Positions 61,686 to 64,000 of a DNA stretch of 64,000 nucleotides are shown here, piece after piece. Within the stretch, counting starts at the first letter, position 1, and each line of letters begins with the position of its first letter. The position numbers and the translations under genes are program-made. Origin of the DNA: an uncultured Spirochaetota bacterium (GTDB lineage: Bacteria > Spirochaetota > Spirochaetia > SZUA-6 > Fen-1364); contig CAVUXE010000015.1 of assembly GCA_963745235.1 (NCBI GenBank), forward strand, positions 32,001 to 96,000, given 5' to 3'. The notes under the pieces are model-generated. The model ran no database searches and was not told the DNA's origin. It saw nothing but the letters and a program-made list of their open reading frames with translations.

Positions 61686-62665
61686 GCCTCGCGATGGTGC
61701 GCCGCGGAGGGCCGCTCTCCAAGTCCTATGATCGGAACAAGAAGCTCATCGCCGCGTTTCTGGCCATTGTCTTTCTCTTCGTGGTTGGCCATTTCATCGT
61801 GCCCAACTTCCTGAGCCTCAATCAGATCCTGATCACCGTGAAGCTCGCTTCCTTCATCGCCCTGTTCAGCCTCTGCCAGATGATCGTCATGGCGGCGGGG
61901 GGAGCAGGCCTGGACCTCTCTGTCGGCTACACGGCAACCATAACCGCCATCTTCACCGCGAGCATCATGAACGGGCGCAACGAGAACCTCTGGCTCGCCA
62001 TCCTCGTCGCGCTGGGCTTCGGGCTCGCGGTCGGTTTTTCCAACGGTTTCCTTTCCGCCTATCTCAAGCTCCCCTCCCTCGTCGTGACGCTGGCCATGTC
62101 CCAGATCCTCCAGGGCATCATCAACGTCTATACGGCCGGGGCGCTCATCACGGGAAAGCCGTCCCCCGTGCTGCAGATCGTGGCGGCCAAGTCCACCGGC
62201 ACGTTTCCGAACATCATCTTCCTGCTCATCCTCGTGACCGCGGTCGTCATGGTCCTGCTCTACCGCACGAAGTGGGGCGCCACCCTGTTCGGCGTCGGGG
62301 AAAACGAGACCGCGGCATACTTGAGCGGCGTCAATACCCGGCGCGTGCGCACGATCGCATTCATCATGAGCGGCACCCTCGCGAGCCTGATCGGGCTGCT
62401 GCTCCTGGGCAACATGGGGGTGGCCTTCAAGGACATGGGGTCTGACTACGTGCTGCCGAGCATCGCCGCCGCGGTTGTGGGCGGCGTGTCGCTTTCCGGC
62501 GGGGATGGGAACTACATCGGGGTGATTCTCGGGGCCATCCTTCTCCAGGCGCTTCTCAACCTTCTGGTTGCCCTCGGGTGGGGCGATGCCGGGAAATGGG
62601 TGGGTTTCGGGATCGTCCTGTATGCGCTTCTCGCCGCATACGTCAGCAACCGGCGCGGGAGATAG
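61682..62665 (+). CDS. ABC permease (RbsC-like)
   Basis: GLDLSVG, GENETAAYLSG, IAAAVVGGVSLSGG. Confidence 0.92.
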   Translation: MSLAMVRRGGPLSKSYDRNKKLIAAFLAIVFLFVVGHFIVPNFLSLNQILITVKLASFIALFSLCQMIVMAAGGAGLDLSVGYTATITAIFTASIMNGRNENLWLAILVALGFGLAVGFSNGFLSAYLKLPSLVVTLAMSQILQGIINVYTAGALITGKPSPVLQIVAAKSTGTFPNIIFLLILVTAVVMVLLYRTKWGATLFGVGENETAAYLSGVNTRRVRTIAFIMSGTLASLIGLLLLGNMGVAFKDMGSDYVLPSIAAAVVGGVSLSGGDGNYIGVILGAILLQALLNLLVALGWGDAGKWVGFGIVLYALLAAYVSNRRGR

Positions 62666-62669
62666 AGGG

Positions 62670-64000
62670 CTACTCTGACCGGTCCCTTTCCTGGATTGCC
62701 CGCCAGACCCTCTCCGGTGTCAACGGCAGGTCTCGAATGGGAGCTCCAATTGCCTCTCGAACCGCGGACCCTACCGCGGCTGCCGTTGCAAGCAGCCCGC
62801 CCTCCCCTGTCCCCTTGGCCCCGTAGGGCCCCGGCCCGTCCTCGTTCTCCACGGTCAGGGATACCTGCGAAGCGGGAATGTCCTTGATGGTGGGGATACG
62901 GTAGTCGAGGGCGCCCAGGTTCACGATGCGGCCGGCGCCGTCAAGGATGATGTGCTCCATCAGCGTGTGTCCCAATCCCATGATGGCCGCCCCGCTGTCC
63001 TGCATCTCCACGTGCTGGGGATTGAGCGCCTTTCCGACGTCCCCAACGGTCACGTAGCTGGGGATCCAGATCATCCCTGTTTCCTCGTCCACCGAGACTT
63101 CAGCCGCGCTGCACGACAGCTCGTAAAAGACGGTCTTGCCGGCAAGGGGATGACCGGCAGTCTTTCGCTTCACAAAGGAACCCACGCCGATGATCTCTCC
63201 GCGGGTGGTGCCGTAATAGTCACGAAGGAGCTCGGCAAAGCCCGCCTCTCCCCGTGGCCAGCGCGCTCTCCCGCCGGCGACATTGATTTCACTCTCCGGC
63301 GCCCCGGAGAGCTCCGCCGCCAGGGATCGCATCTGGTCCTTCACCTCCTGGCAGGCCTTCAGCACCGCCGACCCCATGATCACCGTGGAGCGGCTGGCGG
63401 AGGTGGAGGTGTCATAGGGGACGACCGCCGTGTCTCCCATCACCACCGCCACCTGCTCGATGGAGAGCCCCATCTCCTGGGCGACAATCTGCGCGAAGAC
63501 CGTCCGCGCCCCCTGCCCCATGTCGGAGGTGCCCGTCAGGAGAGAGGCGCTTCCGTCGTAGTGGAGGCGGAGGATGCAATAGGAGGCCGCGTAGGTTGCG
63601 GAGATTTTCAGGCCCAGCGCGATACCCCGGCCGTGCCCCTTCGCGAGCGGCGTGCCCCAACCGATGGCGGATGCCGCTTTCTCCAGCGCTTCGCGCCAGT
63701 TGCCGTCGCACGGGATGTCTCCCCGGATGAACTCCTCCCCCTTTTCGGGGAGATTGCGCAGGCGAATGGCAACCCGGTCCACGCCGAGCTTCCACGCCGC
63801 CTCATCAATCTGCGATTCTATGGCCCACGACATCTGGGGAACGCCGAAGCCGCGGAAGGCCGTTGTCGGGGTGGTATGAGACAAGAGGGCGCGCGAGTGG
63901 ATCCGCACGTTCGGCACGCGATACGGACCGCATGCGGTATAGCTTGCTTTTTCGACGACGCGAAGGCCGATGTCCGCGTAGGCCCCGATGAGGCAGTCCG
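62670..64000 (-). CDS. Xanthine dehydrogenase family molybdopterin-binding subunit (5' part outside the window)
   Basis: AFRGFGVPQ, DMGQG, DVGKALNP, GPYGAKGTGE. Confidence 0.92.
   Translation of the reverse strand, partial: DCLIGAYADIGLRVVEKASYTACGPYRVPNVRIHSRALLSHTTPTTAFRGFGVPQMSWAIESQIDEAAWKLGVDRVAIRLRNLPEKGEEFIRGDIPCDGNWREALEKAASAIGWGTPLAKGHGRGIALGLKISATYAASYCILRLHYDGSASLLTGTSDMGQGARTVFAQIVAQEMGLSIEQVAVVMGDTAVVPYDTSTSASRSTVIMGSAVLKACQEVKDQMRSLAAELSGAPESEINVAGGRARWPRGEAGFAELLRDYYGTTRGEIIGVGSFVKRKTAGHPLAGKTVFYELSCSAAEVSVDEETGMIWIPSYVTVGDVGKALNPQHVEMQDSGAAIMGLGHTLMEHIILDGAGRIVNLGALDYRIPTIKDIPASQVSLTVENEDGPGPYGAKGTGEGGLLATAAAVGSAVREAIGAPIRDLPLTPERVWRAIQERDRSE

Noticed and set aside
1-64000. 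CRISPR arrays, tRNA/rRNA, integron attC sites, and long antisense ORFs (e.g. 12373..13527, 27202..28503, 33000..34301, 55018..56223)
   Set aside because: No regularly spaced repeats or RNA-gene consensus seen by eye; the long opposite-strand ORFs mirror well-supported genes and lack motifs.

Overview
High-GC bacterial chromosomal window. It is probably from a free-living anaerobic spirochaete; this is inferred from protein style (dCache MCPs, the SAGGQKE binding-protein N-terminus, lipoproteins), not from a marker gene. Scattered 1-nt indels split at least eight genes and look mostly like long-read assembly error. From left to right: (1) a LacI-controlled alpha-galactoside/glycoside uptake and catabolism cluster with three identical operators; (2) a sigma54-type MCP-MCP-epimerase operon; (3) a sensory [FeFe]-hydrogenase-like protein fused to an MCP domain, followed by a Cyc2-like cytochrome-porin facing its own System II cytochrome c maturation genes (the most striking locus); (4) an acyltransferase-3 preceded by an unannotated 52-aa ORF; (5) a class C group II intron lacking domain VI; (6) a TetR and WYL-VOC-EVE unit; (7) RACo, nadE, radA, a PAS-GGDEF-EAL protein, araA and a polyol/rare-sugar cluster; (8) a candidate structured leader RNA before a decayed radical SAM gene; (9) a KamA-family aminomutase + ATP-grasp ligase + GNAT operon; (10) hflX, a large diguanylate cyclase, uxaE, and xdhC + sugar-type ABC transporter + xanthine dehydrogenase-family subunit. 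At least ten genes have a -10 box 6-7 nt before the start codon, suggesting widespread leaderless mRNAs. I saw no rRNA, tRNA or CRISPR array. All family calls come from motif recognition by eye; no database searches were run.
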